A stretch of 64,000 nucleotides of DNA, from positions 3,658,001 to 3,722,000 of the forward strand of contig NC_088858.1 of the NCBI RefSeq assembly GCF_963853765.1, in the 5' to 3' direction. Both the position numbers and the translations under genes were made by a program. Below are positions 10,066 to 23,562 of the stretch, in pieces (the stretch's first letter is position 1; each line of letters begins with the position of its first letter). Under the pieces are notes generated by a model. The model saw only the letters and a program-made list of their open reading frames with translations, was not told the DNA's origin and ran no database searches. Origin of the DNA: Magallana gigas (lineage: Eukaryota).

Positions 10066-12607
10066 TTATATAATTTTAAACCATCGTACGATTAAATATT
10101 TAAATATGAATAAGCAAACCCCGCTGGCGCCTCAATTTGGCGTCATTTGTATTATGGGTTATATAGTACAAAATCGATACGTAGTGTTATCACAGGCAAA
10201 GACATATATATATAACTCGACGGAAGTCGCAGAATAAGTCGCTCTGTCTCAATGAGTATTTGATAACAGGCCTTTACGATATGATAGAATGCATATGATA
10301 TTCAAATGATCTTTTAAAACCATGCATTTGGTGTTTTAGCATGGACATTCAGTCAATTGTTATTTGTTAAGCACAATGAGACTTACATTTATACGTTATT
10401 TCAATATTCCATTACTGTTCACTGGCTTTAATGATATGTGTACTATATATTATATCTAAAACGTCTATGCAAAAGACAAAACTACAATGAACAGTAATTA
10501 GATAAATGCATTACTTTTTTTCATTATAAATCAAAGCATTGATTTTTTTACATGTATTTAAAACATCATAAAACGATAATTATGCAAGAGTATACAATAA
10601 AAACTTGTTTCCCCTTAAATAGACTATTCCAATAAACAGATGGGGTTTTTAGTTATAAGGGCTATTTAGCATCCAAACTTTTGACGTCTTTAAGTGACCC
10701 CCAGTTTAAAGTTTAAACTGGAGGTCCCTGACGATCCCTAGGTACTTCAGACAACTAGGCGACATGTCCGGAAGTCTGGTTGTTGGAGAGGGAGCGAGCT
10801 ACGTATTGTTTCTATTGTTATAAACCACAGCACACTTAAAACGCTACTTAGATCTTACAATTTTTACACTGTTGATTAGAGTCTGCAAGCCGTAATTAGA
10901 GCTCTACGATTTGATACAAAGTTTAAACACATTCACAAATAATTCTTAGTGTGTCGTACATTTCTAGCAATGTACACATTTTCAATGCCAGTGTTAACTT
11001 AGTTAGCAGGTATTTGTATAGTTTTAATATGCTATAGGGGATACCCTTGATGGTAGATACTTTGCAGATCATAAGTCGAAAGTCTTGATAAAGACTTTAA
11101 TTTCCCTTTTAAATGGATACTATTGATGTAAGCTTTTATACAAAGTATTCAATTATTGGGAAGTCTTGATGTCGTATTGGTACATACGTTACAGATTACA
11201 AGGGAAGAGTATTCATAAATGATTTAATACACAATACATGTAGATACTAATGATATTTAAGCCTATGTACAAAGTTCACACGGACACACTTTATGGTGGA
11301 TCACCTTGGTGGTAGTATCGTGCCGGGTTTCGTCGTCGATGTGAGATTGGGGGAATGTTTACTTGCTCGCAGTGGGAGGACCCGTTTTGCAATGTCCAGT
11401 CCAAAAGGTTTGGGACGATTGCACTGAAAATAGAAGCAGGGAAGCCTTCAGAAAATAAATATAACTTTATTGCTGCAGGGCTCCGATCAGAATGACTGAG
11501 GTAGGGTACGCTACCTTAATCGGAGACCTGGGCTTTCCTGCTCTATTTCAGCCAATCAAAATTTAGATTCTTTGTTCGGAAACAATGTTAGTAATTAAAA
11601 ATTAACCCACGTGACCCTGATCTCCGGACACTGGCCATAAAGAAATAATTAAGTTAACGTAGATAATCCCCGAACAATGCAAAATCTGTATATTTTATTT
11701 GATAAAATGAAATATATCGGAAAGGACAGTAGGTTATAAGCAGATAGTCTTGATAAAGTTCCGATAAAAAATTGGTCAATAGTCTCAGACTTGAATTCAA
11801 GGTACCAAGTATTCTGAAGTACACTGACAGTTGGAGGGAACTCGATGACCATAATTAGAATGCAATTGCAATTTTTTATGTTCAGAATAATCGAATATTT
11901 AGCTCTAAAGAATGTTAATTTTTTTTCCGTTTTCATCAATAGTTTACATCGCAATTTCATCAGTGTTATGCAAAAATGACCCAGTTTATGAATTCTATTA
12001 AAATAAAATGATAATTAAAATGTCCCTACCTTGTTATTAAGTTATGTAGGTAGTTGGACAATGATTTTAAATACACCGTATGCAAACCATACAGCCAATA
12101 AAGCCCGTGTTCTTTAAATATCACAAAAAGTTAACGCATGTTTAAAACAGTTGTCGGATATGTTTATGTGCCAGGAAGGAAATGGTCCATAAGTAGCCGT
12201 TAACACATCATGAGGTGGCAAGTTTCCGAGGTTTTTCCCTCTGATAAACCGCTTCCCTTGAAGAAGAAAAAAACTAATTGTAGGCTAATACACCGGGAAG
12301 GTAGCGTGCACTGCCTGGTTTCACGTGGTCCCTATGCCGTATACTAGAATATCAACAGGGCCCCCACAGCTTAGAGTCCATATGTTACGGGACCCCTAGG
12401 GCCGGAATTCGGACACATGGAGCACCTGGCAGATAGTATCACATGTTTACACCTGTGTAAATCGTTGGTTGACCCCCATGGCTATAGTTTTAATAGATAT
12501 ATATGGGTTAATTTTTGTTTGATACTAGTAGTTAAATGTTACGAAATCAATATTATTTTGGCTGAACAAGTAAGCATCAGTTAACTTGAAACAAATACTG
12601 TGGTTCC

Positions 12608-12610
12608 CAT

Positions 12611-12641
<31 letters not shown>

Positions 12642-12752
12642 GTCCGAAGGATAATTGTGTTTGCCAGGGGGGGTCCGAGGCATATTTTCGCGATAATTTT
12701 ACTATGTAAATTTAATAAATTTTCATTTTCCAGGGGGGGTCGGGACCCCCCC

Positions 12753-12789
<37 letters not shown>
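12608..12789. mobile_element. MITE with G/C runs and a 5-bp TSD
   Basis: TIR CATGCGCGGATC(C/T)AGA; GTTCC direct repeat at 12603-12607 and 12790-12794. Confidence 0.8.
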
Positions 12790-15700
12790 GTTCCTTCAAT
12801 TGTTTTTTAAAAGAGTCTTCTATATTGTATTGATTCAATTCTATTCGAGAAACAGAATATATAAAGAATTGCGTTAATTGTCAACACTCGCAAAATTTAA
12901 AGGAATAGCAATTTGATTCAAACTTTAGGAGTTCATATTACAAATATTCATAATGCAAAAAAATATTCATATTACAAATATTCAGATTGCAAAAACTATT
13001 TGCCATTAGTAGTGTTAAATTAAGAGATAATGTAAAAATTATGTCCTTGAAGCCATTCTCACTAACTAGGTTGGTAATTCTGACCGATTTCGCAATACAA
13101 ACAGAATGGCAGTAGGAAGATGAAAGAGCCACACGTCTGTTCAGGAACCGCCGTAATTGACAAATCTTCAGATCGCGTCACTTTTATCAGCTGTAAATTT
13201 TTTACAGGCACGTGGAAGGGTTTTGAGTTTTATTGACGGCTCCAAAGACTTTGTATACATATCAAAGCTTCTAATTGAAATAGAAGAGTCTTTGGGTTTT
13301 AAAGGTGTAGTTATGCTTTTTCCAGAAACTGCTCGCTTTTTAGGTTAAATTACATTCCCGTATAATGCGTTTTTATTGAACAATTATTACGGTTTTCAAA
13401 TTACAGGCCTTGAAAGTGCATTACAAACTTGATTCTATCGAGCAATGGAAAAATCAGTCAGGATACTACTGGAGGGAGCTGATTTGCATAAAGTATAGCT
13501 TATTGTGTGACCAATTCGGAGCATTGCTGACTTTGTACATATCTTTTATGTACATGTAGAAATAATCTCCTTGCAATATTCGTACTTGCTTACGTTTTCT
13601 TTTTTGAATATCTATTTTAAACCAACAATCTTAATTACCAACTTGTGTTTTTTTAAAGGATGAATAAAGTGAAATGTCAGAATGGTTTTTGTAACCTAAA
13701 AAATAATCAGTTTTATCTTCAGTTCAGTAAATTCAACTTAACTCTTAACACCCCCCCCCCCCCTGCGGTTTTTTTTTCATTTTACACGACAAGGCGCATC
13801 ATCCCCAGCAATGTCGTTAGTTTTAGCAAATATACTATATTCATATAATTTTTGTGACATTTTAATTTTAAACATATAATTGAAATACTAATGTTGTTAG
13901 CATCGGTTTACTTCTTATGAGAATTATTTTATATTGCGGATCCATCCTTGTAAATGAGTGCCGAGGTCTGCACCACGTAACATACATACACCCCCCAAAC
14001 AAATGAAATTACTTGGTCATGCGGAGATGCTTAAGTATTTCCCATGTTAAACGTCAATTAAAACATACTAATTCAATAAAATGTCTTAATCCGAGAAAGC
14101 AAAGCATTAGGAATATTGAGAGTTCGTGTGCTGTTTCTCTGCTGGTGTTCGCTTGCTGAAATTTGTACAGGTGAAATCAAACAGTCACAACTTACTTTTT
14201 CTTTACTGAATCTTGTTTTATCCGTTAAATCGCGCTTAAAAATTGCCTTTATGGTCCTATAAATTGATTTAGCATAATTCATAAATGTTGACCAAAATAG
14301 CTAAGGTTTGCTTCCTGGACAAGGGTTTGTTAAAAATTATGTTTATTTACTAATAATTGGCTTAACACAATTCATACATTCAATAAAATAAATGCATTGT
14401 TCTATTGAAAATGCAAAAGTTACATACCTTCGTCGTTGGCTTCACTTGCAAAAAGAGTATGGCAAAAGCGTGAAGCCAGTACCCAGAGGTGATATCTCCC
14501 TCACTCTACAGATTGTTCCTGATTCACCTCGCCGGAACCTTTATCCTGCAACAGTAAGACAAATTGTTTATTCGAGATGAGGGCGGTAAATCTCGGCCTG
14601 CCAGTGAAGGATCAGTAGACAACACGCGACTGCCCAGATCCCGAGTAAGATCTCCATCCAGAGCATCCCAGACCATCATTTCTGATATTGTTGTATTTTC
14701 CGTGAAATTAAATTGGATCAATGGATAAGACCATAGCCAATGAGGCAGTGGACGCAAACAATGGTCTTTTTTCTGTTTGTTTTTGAGTCGTTGATGTATA
14801 TCTACTCACCAAAAGACATTGTGATCGTTACATTGGAACTTATTGGTACTGATCTTCTGTCTTTGGGGTTGAATCATAACATCGATTGTTTCGGTTATTA
14901 GTGATGGTCAACCTTGATATCAAAAAGCGACCTTCTTGCTACTATACTATACTCACTCCTCATTCAAAAACATTTACAAAATATAACAACTTTTCGTTAT
15001 AGATATATTATTAAGATTTATTATGAAAACAAAGCTGTTCCCCAAACGTTCTATGAAGAAATAGATAATAAATACAGCGATACAATATGGTGTAATTTTT
15101 TTTACCACGGATCTGCTAGAGCGATCGCCCGATACAGGCTTCTAGTGATTGATGTTAATGTTTCTGGATTTTATAATACTGATCTTTGCTTGGTTTAAAC
15201 GGTAAATTTCTTATTTTGACAGCTTCAACGGCAGAATTGTTTTTGGCACTTAAAATGCTTAATCATTAGACTTTTTACGTAATTGGCATGGTAATGGCCT
15301 CAGCCGTTTTCTTCGAAGATTTGTTTTATTCGGTTTTGTACGTGTGTATAATGTGGCAACGGGTGTTTTAGCGGAATGCTGCTTTTTTAAATCTGAGTTA
15401 TTGCATTGATAATGGCTGTTTATAAAAACCATGGGGTAAAAGTTGCAAAGAAATGCCACAAAGCCTCAACATGCCTCATGTGGAGTCAAACTGTACTCGG
15501 TCATCAACGATCGAGACAGAAAAACCCACCAGGTCCATTACTAATCTATTTAACGTTTTTCACAAACGTTCATTAAGCAAAGTTTAATTGCCACTTTGAG
15601 TTTATATTTCTAAAAGAGAACCTAACCTACAAAAGAATATAAAGTTAAATGTGACATTGTACAATCTTAATATTTTTTATCGATTATTATCATTAATTTG

Positions 15701-17397
15701 TTTATTTAGAGCACCGATTTTAGGATCTGAATGTAATGACTATAACAATAAGATCAAATTGTCGACGTACAGGTCCACCTAGTTAGATGAGTTACAAAAG
15801 AGTGTCAAAAGCAGTTTAATTTCGCTAAAGGGAATCTGAAGATGCCAATCCTTCGGTGTCTTTTGCAGGAATGATTGTTCCCTCGGTGCCAATATGATGA
15901 ATTAGGTTGACGGGAAATCACCATCTTTTGTCGGTACGATCCGTCTCTATCACGAAGGCAATGAATAAATCGGTAATAAACAACAGTGGGGGGAATTTGT
16001 CATCTCAGTTCCTCCACTCTGGGCATCACTGCTATAATTAAAATCCCATGGAGAGATGTATATTACATAAAAAATGAAAATCTGTCTTCTTTTTTCCGCT
16101 AAATGACTGGAATAGATAGAACAGTATATTGCTTTTCTTTAATATCCGAAATCATGGGATGATGAACCAACGAAGAATATTAACGTCTTTGTTTTACTGC
16201 CATAATGATTGTTTGTATCTTATATTACTTTGGTGAGATTAAATTGTTAGATGAGAATAAAAGAAATAATGATGGGAAAACAATTTTATAAGTTTCCGTA
16301 AAGCAATATTATAGTAACCCCCAGATCCCAGTTAATATATTCTGCTTATTTAGAGCAGATGTCTACTCAAGAAAGTTTGTATTTGACAAAGTGTATGCTT
16401 AAAGTTATAGGAAAGGGTGCATGTCTGTTATGAGACCACCAATGAACATTGGATTAAATTCTGTGAGGAATTTGGGCAGTAGATTGAATCAATGGCACTA
16501 CAGGGCGATTTGATCCTGAAACTTTTCATATCCATATTATCCATTTTTCGAAATATTGGTAACTGCTTTGTATGAAGATGATCCCAATTTGAGCGTTCAG
16601 CTTCCGAACAAAATCACGTGCCTCTCCATTGTAACGTCAATTACATTTAATTTCATAAAAAGTAAAAAGAGTGGTAAATTTTAATGGTGAGAGTGCTCTT
16701 AAATGTAAGATGCTCATCTATAATAACGATAAACAATGGAAACACACATATTGAAAATATAACGAACAAATCCCTTCCAGTTGTCTTTCTTTAAAGTTCT
16801 TGTTGAATGATCAGAAATACTTAAATGATTATATTATTAAAAAGCATCGAGTTTTTAATGCGAGTACATGTATTGGTATTGAACTCAAGACCAACATTGT
16901 ACGAAATCATCATGATTGATAATCTGTATAATCTGTATACAGCTTTATATTTTGTTGGAAAGCAAAGCATAAAAAAGTAGTGTAAAAGACTATTTCAAAA
17001 TAATTTTGATTTTTTTAAACATAAAACACGTTATTGAGCGAAATTATTGATAAACCTTGTGTTCACCAAGATTTTTTTTCTCATCATATTAATGATTATT
17101 CTCGTTTTATGAAAAAAAAAACATGGGGTACGCTGAATTATACATGTAATCCCGTGAGATCACTTAGTGAACTCAATACCCAGGCATCATGTGGGTCGGT
17201 TTTTATTGTTCACTTTGTTAATTTAATAAGTAATGTTGTCTTTTTTTTTCAGAATCAATTTAGCTATAACATTAGCTGTTACGACACGAGGCAGTGAAGG
17301 TGAATTGAATGCACGCCACTTTGTTTCCGTGTGGGGTAGTGTTTGAAAGGTAAAGCTGTCAATTAAAAGAGTAGTCCCAATAGTATCGATAACTGTT

Positions 17398-17772
17398 ATT
17401 GTTATACTTTCATGTTAAATACTGAAATCTGATTGGTTAAGACGCAGTTAATAATATTTACTATTACCCTCAGCGTTAGCAACGCACTTGGCAACGGGTA
17501 ACATTAAAAAATGTTACATGCGCGAAAATTATGCGCGTACGGTTCTCTGTAGAATTCACGTTATTCCTATGTAAAAGCAGTAAAATTTTCTTAAAATTTT
17601 AAAAAAAGACATTCAGTATAACAAAATAAATAGTGCCTGTTTGGGAGGATAACAGTTGAAATTGACACCCCTCGAAAACCATTGTCAACCTCCGCTTCGC
17701 GTCGGTTGACAATGGTTTTCTCGGGGTGTCAATTTCAACTGTTACCCTCCCAAACAGGCACTATTTATATAA
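17398..17772 (-). mobile_element. Fold-back hairpin-headed non-autonomous element (Crypton-like), reverse copy
   Basis: Reverse complement of 20522-20895, with the same roughly 65-bp-arm hairpin. Confidence 0.8.
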
Positions 17773-20521
17773 TATAAAACATGTTGGTAAGATAATACAC
17801 TAATGAATGGTCCGTCCGTATCGGGGGTTTTGTCATAACGGTAAGATGATACAAAAATCAATGCCTATCACTGGTAACTCGGTGTCTATAGAATGTTGTA
17901 GCTCTCGACTTACTAATTTATGACACATTGTAACGAAGAAGGATACCAATTCAGCGCTAGCCCACAAATATTCTCACATGGTAGCGACAGAGTACATGCA
18001 TCGGTCCATACAATGTACATGTATCTCAAATGATAGCTTTAAAGTCTGGATCAGTTCTTCAGTCCGACTTCTCTGGCCAAATTATTTATCGTCATCATCA
18101 TCATCATCATCTTCATCATTAGTGCAATATCTGAAGTCTTCGTCAATTTCTTACAGAGTTGGTAGTTGGTTTGATGTATATCGAATCAGGAGGCCGAGTG
18201 GTTAGCAAATTACCCTTCAGATCTACATTATAATAATGTTTAGCTATTTTATAAAAATTGCTTTTTTAAGAAACATCCCCTATATTTTAACTTTGAAATT
18301 GCAGTATTTTCCAATGTCATAATACAAAGCTCTTCTTCTCGCGGAGATCGGTTTGGTCTTAAAATGACCACGATCATCCATCCCTATATTGCAGGAATGT
18401 TCTCTATTGTTGATTTCATGATCCTTACTTACAGGATTTGGCGATTTTTTTTAAGTTCTCAGTTAATTAATAACCATTATGCATAGATATGTTTTATATT
18501 AGAACAGCCAAAGGTATCGGATCATCGTGTAAACCAGACAATGATTCCCCGTCATCTTACGGCGCCTATGTCAGACATCCTCACACGACTGTTCCAATGA
18601 AATTCTTTATATATATAATTTATCAGTAATTTTTTTCAAAGTACCAGGCAGATGCATTATACTATTTAATAGTAGTTTTATCTTGATACAATGCCAATTT
18701 AGTTTTCAGTGTTTTTTTTAGGAATACCAAAATATAGTTATTATTTTTCCCTTTCTGTACACGATTAAACAAATCTCATGCAACCATTAGTACAACATCA
18801 GTTTAATATACTGGTATAATAAATTAATATTACGATAAACGAAAAGGGATAAATTTTAGTTTGTTGTCGTCATTTTATATTTTCCTTTCATCAAAGAAAT
18901 CAATCATCATATCATAAAAGTACTCACCTGATTGTTAAATAGTCTTGTGGACTGGTACAAAAACACAAAAAGGCTCTTATAAACCGATAAAGGGCGTTTC
19001 CTATAGGAGTCACGTGGTATCCAATATTGACAGCATCTCCTTAAGTTTTTTCGGGGTTTTTTTTTGGGGGGGGGGGGATATATATATCTTCATATTCTGG
19101 AAAATTATTAGAATTCGACGTATTCTGTATATTTTCTAATAATATTCGACTTGTGGAAAGCAATAACGTCGGGACTGTTTGGATTTTTTATTGTCTCTCT
19201 TTTCTTTCATAAACTCGAATCTAATGTAGTAAAATTGGTTTTTGTGGCATAAAGAGAATTCAAATGATTTAATAATTTTCAGATTTTGGAAACCCTGACA
19301 ATTTAGATAAAACTTGTTCAATATATTTTAACTTCTCTTCAGTTGCTCAAAGCAATAAACTGTTTGGGCAAGTTTACCATTTACATGTCATAAAATCCTC
19401 GATAATGATATAAGGTAAAGATGTTAGATATAAATAAATCATACAGCAGTCAAAAAACTGATAAAATGAATCCTGGAAATTCTAAATCCGCCTTTCTTTT
19501 ACATGTTTATTTCATTAAAAAAAAACCTGTGCTAGCTCTTAGTTCTTTTTAAACGATAAAGCTTTTTTATGAATTACCATTAGCCGAGTAACTGGCCTGT
19601 TTTTCTATATACAATTATGCCCCTTCATTTTACAAGGATGTACAGATAGATATTAACCTTTCTACCTTCCTCACCAAATCACTAAGTTATCACTCTAGAT
19701 CCTAACATGAAAAATTATTAGAACTTTTTCAAACCATGTGGAATAAGATACCCCAAGCTTCTATATTGTACGAATCGTTTATGCATAGTCCCTTTGATCA
19801 ATCATTACAGTGAACGAGATCTCACCGAGGCTAATTATACAGATCGACCGAGTATCAATCTTGTTCTATACCACAGCTGGGCTGGTTGATCTGAAAGTTC
19901 GGGAAAAGATCAATTAGGTTCACTTTGTTGATTATTCCAATCAGTGTGTGGCAAAACGCTGGTAGATAAACGGTATTTTGTTATTACAAAGAAGACGAAA
20001 TAATGATAGACAGCGGATGACTCTGTCAGATTAGAGTGGTGGCATAATTCATATGAATGAACAAGTTTTACACGGTGTTTAAAGTTCCAGACTCCGGCAA
20101 TATGGAATCACGGCATAGATCGCTGTATGCCTCAGACCTTGTCCTATTTTGTAAGACAGGTTACTCTAAGAACGTGTCTTAGGTGGCAAGGGACAGTTTT
20201 TTTTATACGGTTCATTGTAGCCAAGGGATGCATGTCTTCGGAACTCTGTAACTAGAATTTCCTCAGTTTCCATTCAGCACAAATACCTTTAATTCACTCT
20301 TTATAAGGCCAATCACCAATTTCTGAAGAAAATTACTAGTCAAAACCTGTAAAATTCTCTGCATACTGGTTTTTATGAGATTTTGACCCTTTCATATTTT
20401 GCTAATATTTCATGATTTTTCAGCTTTTTAGACCTCCCCCAGCTAATTCCCTGCAGAGGGTTGACCTTCCGCACCGCGTGCATGTTGCACTATCACATGC
20501 CAGAAACTTACCGGTGTATAG

Positions 20522-20895
20522 TATATAAATAGTGCCTGTTTGGGAGGGTAACAGTTGAAATTGACACCCCGAGAAAACCATTGTCAACCAACGCGAAGCG
20601 GAGGTTGACAATGGTTTTCGAGGGGTGTCAATTTCAACTGTTATCCTCCCAAACAGGCACTATTTATTTTGTTATACTGAATGTCTTTTTTAAAATTTTT
20701 AAGAAAATTTTACTGCTTTTATATAGGAATAACGTGAATTCTACAGCGAACCGTACGCGCATAATTTTCGCGCATGTAACATTTTTTAATGTTACCCGTT
20801 GCCAAGTGCGTTGCTAACGCTGAGGGTAATAGTAAATATTATTAACTGCGTCTTAACCAATCAGATTTCAGTATTTAACATGAAAGTATAACAAT
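20522..20895 (+). mobile_element. Fold-back hairpin-headed non-autonomous element (Crypton-like)
   Basis: Starts TATATAAATAGTGCCTGTTTGGGAGGG, has a long palindrome around a GCGAAGC loop and ends CCAATCAGATTTCAGTATTTAACATGAAAGTATAACAAT. No TIR or TSD is evident. The superfamily label is inference. Confidence 0.8.
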
Positions 20896-21189
20896 TTACA
20901 ATGTCCCATCCACCTACTTTTCGTGTTATTTTACCTCCCGTCTGTAACTTGCAATTTCACTGTGTAAAGTCAGCACAACAGTCAGAGCCGCAGGTTTCGC
21001 ATTTTACTTCTGATTCTCATGTACCTAACATAAGGGGCCTACATATTGCATATCAATTCCAACAAGAGACACCCCTCTAACTAATGATAATCATTAAAAA
21101 TCATTTCATGAATTTTAGCAACACTCATAAGCCTTCAAGTACAGCAATTCTCAATTTTACAAAAATATTGAGGGTACTTTATTCGAAAC

Positions 21190-21525
21190 TGTCCCTTGCT
21201 ACCTTATGTTGTAAGACAGATTGCTCTAGGAACTTGTCCTATGTTGCAAGACCCAGACCGTTCTATGTCTAAGATATTGTTCTATGTTGTAAGACGCATA
21301 TCGCTTTATGCCTCAGAACTTGTCCTATGATGTAAGACATAGATCGCTCTATGATTTATAACTAGTCCTGTTATGTACGACCTAGATCACTAAGACAGAT
21401 CGCTTTATATTCCTACGAACGTGTCCTATGTTGTAAGACGTAGATCGCTCTATGCCTCAGAACTTGTCCTATGTTATAAGACAGATCGCTCTATATTCCT
21501 CAGAACTTGTCCTGTGTTGCTAGAT
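21190..21525. repeat. About 42-bp degenerate minisatellite (AGATCGCTCTATGCCTCAGAACTTGTCCTATGTTGTAAGAC)
   Basis: Several units here and related units at about 20115-20185. Confidence 0.75.
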
Positions 21526-21556
21526 GCATTAGCGCCATTTGCTGGAGAAATCGACA

Positions 21557-23350
21557 GTATATAAATAGTGTCTGTTAGGATCGAAGGTAACAGTATATAA
21601 ATAGTGTCTGTTTGGGAGGGTAACTGTTGAAATTGGCACCCCGAGAAAACCATTGTCAACCGACGCGAATCGGAGGTTGGCAATGGTTTTCGAGGGGTGT
21701 CAATTTCAACAGTTACCCTCCCTAACAGGCACTATTTATTTTATTATACTGAATGTCTTATTTTTAAAGAAAATTTTACTGCTTTTTCATAGAAATAAAG
21801 TGAATTCTACGGCGAACCGTACGCGCATAATTTACGCGCATGTAACAATTCGTTGTGTTACCCGTTGCCAAGTGTGTTGCTAACGCAGAGGGTAATAGAA
21901 CGGATTACCAACTGCGTCTAAACCAATCAGATTTCAGAATTTAACATGAAAGTATAATAATTGAAATTGACATCCCCGAGAAAACCAAATGTCAACCGAT
22001 GCGATGCGGAGGTTGACAATAGTTTTTGAGGGGTGTAAATTTCAACTGTAAAGGGGAATGTGCGGCCATCTTTTACATTTGAGAAGAAAAATGTAAACAT
22101 TTCTTGAACTGACTTGTTTCTGTCAAAAACTTACTAAAACTGTTGTCAAACGATACAAAAGCAATAAAAATGGCATATAACATGTTGTTTTGTATGCAAA
22201 TTACACATACAAGGGCAGAACAATGCATTTTTTAATCACTTAGAACTGAGCAGCTACAGACTTGAATTTAAGATTAAAAAATCTGAAAAATATGAAAGAA
22301 GGTCATTAGTGTCCATTCTACAACAATTTGTTGTGAAAAGGTCAAAGCTTGCTTTTTTAAGTTGTAACTTTGTCTCTAAAGAGGGCACCCTAGCTTATCT
22401 TAAAATGAGTCTCAAAAACCATCAATTGGCACGAGATATTTTTGTCTGTGTCTATGGAGGTACATTGAAGTTCTATTTTCAATGAAAACTATATGTATAA
22501 TTTTCATTTAAGGCAATTAATTTTTTTTTACCCCTATCCTACTTCTAAAAAGAATTTAATTTGATTTATTCTGGAAGAACTAAAACAAAACAATTTGAAC
22601 AGGTATAGAGATATCTGTCACATTCAGCCAAGATTGTTTTGATTTAACATTTATTTTTTGCCTTCATTTATTATGTGCCTCCATAGACACGAGAGTTCTA
22701 AGTATAGTCTGGAATTTTCTTGTTCTAAAAACAGATTCCATGCTGACAGATAGAAATAGGGTACCCTATTTTGAGGCAAAATTCTACATTAACTTCCAAA
22801 ATTCAACTTTTTTTATTAACAAATGGTAGTAGAGAGAACACCAATTAACCCCTGTTACTTTTTCATATTTTTAAATCTTTAAATAAGTCTGCAGCTGCGC
22901 AGTTCTACAGCTGTTCTTAGTTATTTAAAAAGCATTGTTCTTATCTTGTATGCATAAATTGCATACAAAACAACATGCAGAACCTCATATTAATTGTTTT
23001 GTCATCTTTAGACAACAGTTTTGTCCAGTTTTGTGCAGAAACAAACCAGGTCAAGAAATGTTTACATTTTTAAACTCAAATGTCCAAGATGGTCGTACAT
23101 CCCCTTAACCTCTTAAACAGGCACTATTTATTTTATGATATTGAATGTCTTCATTTTAAAGAAAACTTTATATTTTGTAAACAATAAAGTGAATTCTACG
23201 GCGAACCATACGCGCATAATTTACGCGCATGTAACAATTTGTTGTATTACTAGTTTCCAAGTGTGTTGCTAACGCTTGGGGTAATAGAACGGATTATAAA
23301 CTGCGTCTAAACCAATCACATTTCAGTATTTAACATGAAAATGTAATAAA
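21557..23350 (+). mobile_element. Head-to-tail pair of hairpin-headed elements, the second interrupted by a long-TIR MITE
   Basis: Copy A spans about 21591-21962. Copy B starts at about 21960, breaks at 22052 and resumes at about 23109. Confidence 0.75.
22053..23104. mobile_element. Long-TIR MITE (about 230-bp imperfect TIRs), TTAA-type target
   Basis: Ends GGGGAATGTGCGGCCATCTT.. / ..AAGATGGTCGTACATCCCC; flanks are TAAA and TTAA. Confidence 0.75.
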
Positions 23351-23355
23351 ACACT

Positions 23356-23562
23356 TTTTCGCCGTCTGCTGGAGAAACTGAAAGAACTCTTTATCGATGT
23401 CTGCCGGAGAAAGAACTCTTTATTGTCGTCTGCTGGAGAAACTCAAAGAACCCTTTATTGATGCTGGAGAAACCGTCATCGAACACTTTATCCGCGATAT
23501 GTATCCTGTCAGTTTCGTCAGCAGACGGCGATAAAGTATCCTGTCGGTTTCTCCAGCAGACG
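23356..23562. repeat. GTCTGCTGGAGAAAC direct and inverted repeat module
   Basis: Several direct copies at 23356-23480 and inverted copies at 23500-23562; a related motif is at 21540. Confidence 0.7.

Noticed and set aside
20420-21883. Repeated MST(S/N/D)A.RRLTMVF ORFs as a peptide family
   Set aside because: They are incidental translations of both arms of the hairpin element, with non-ATG starts and variable stops; the same ORF recurs at 60191.
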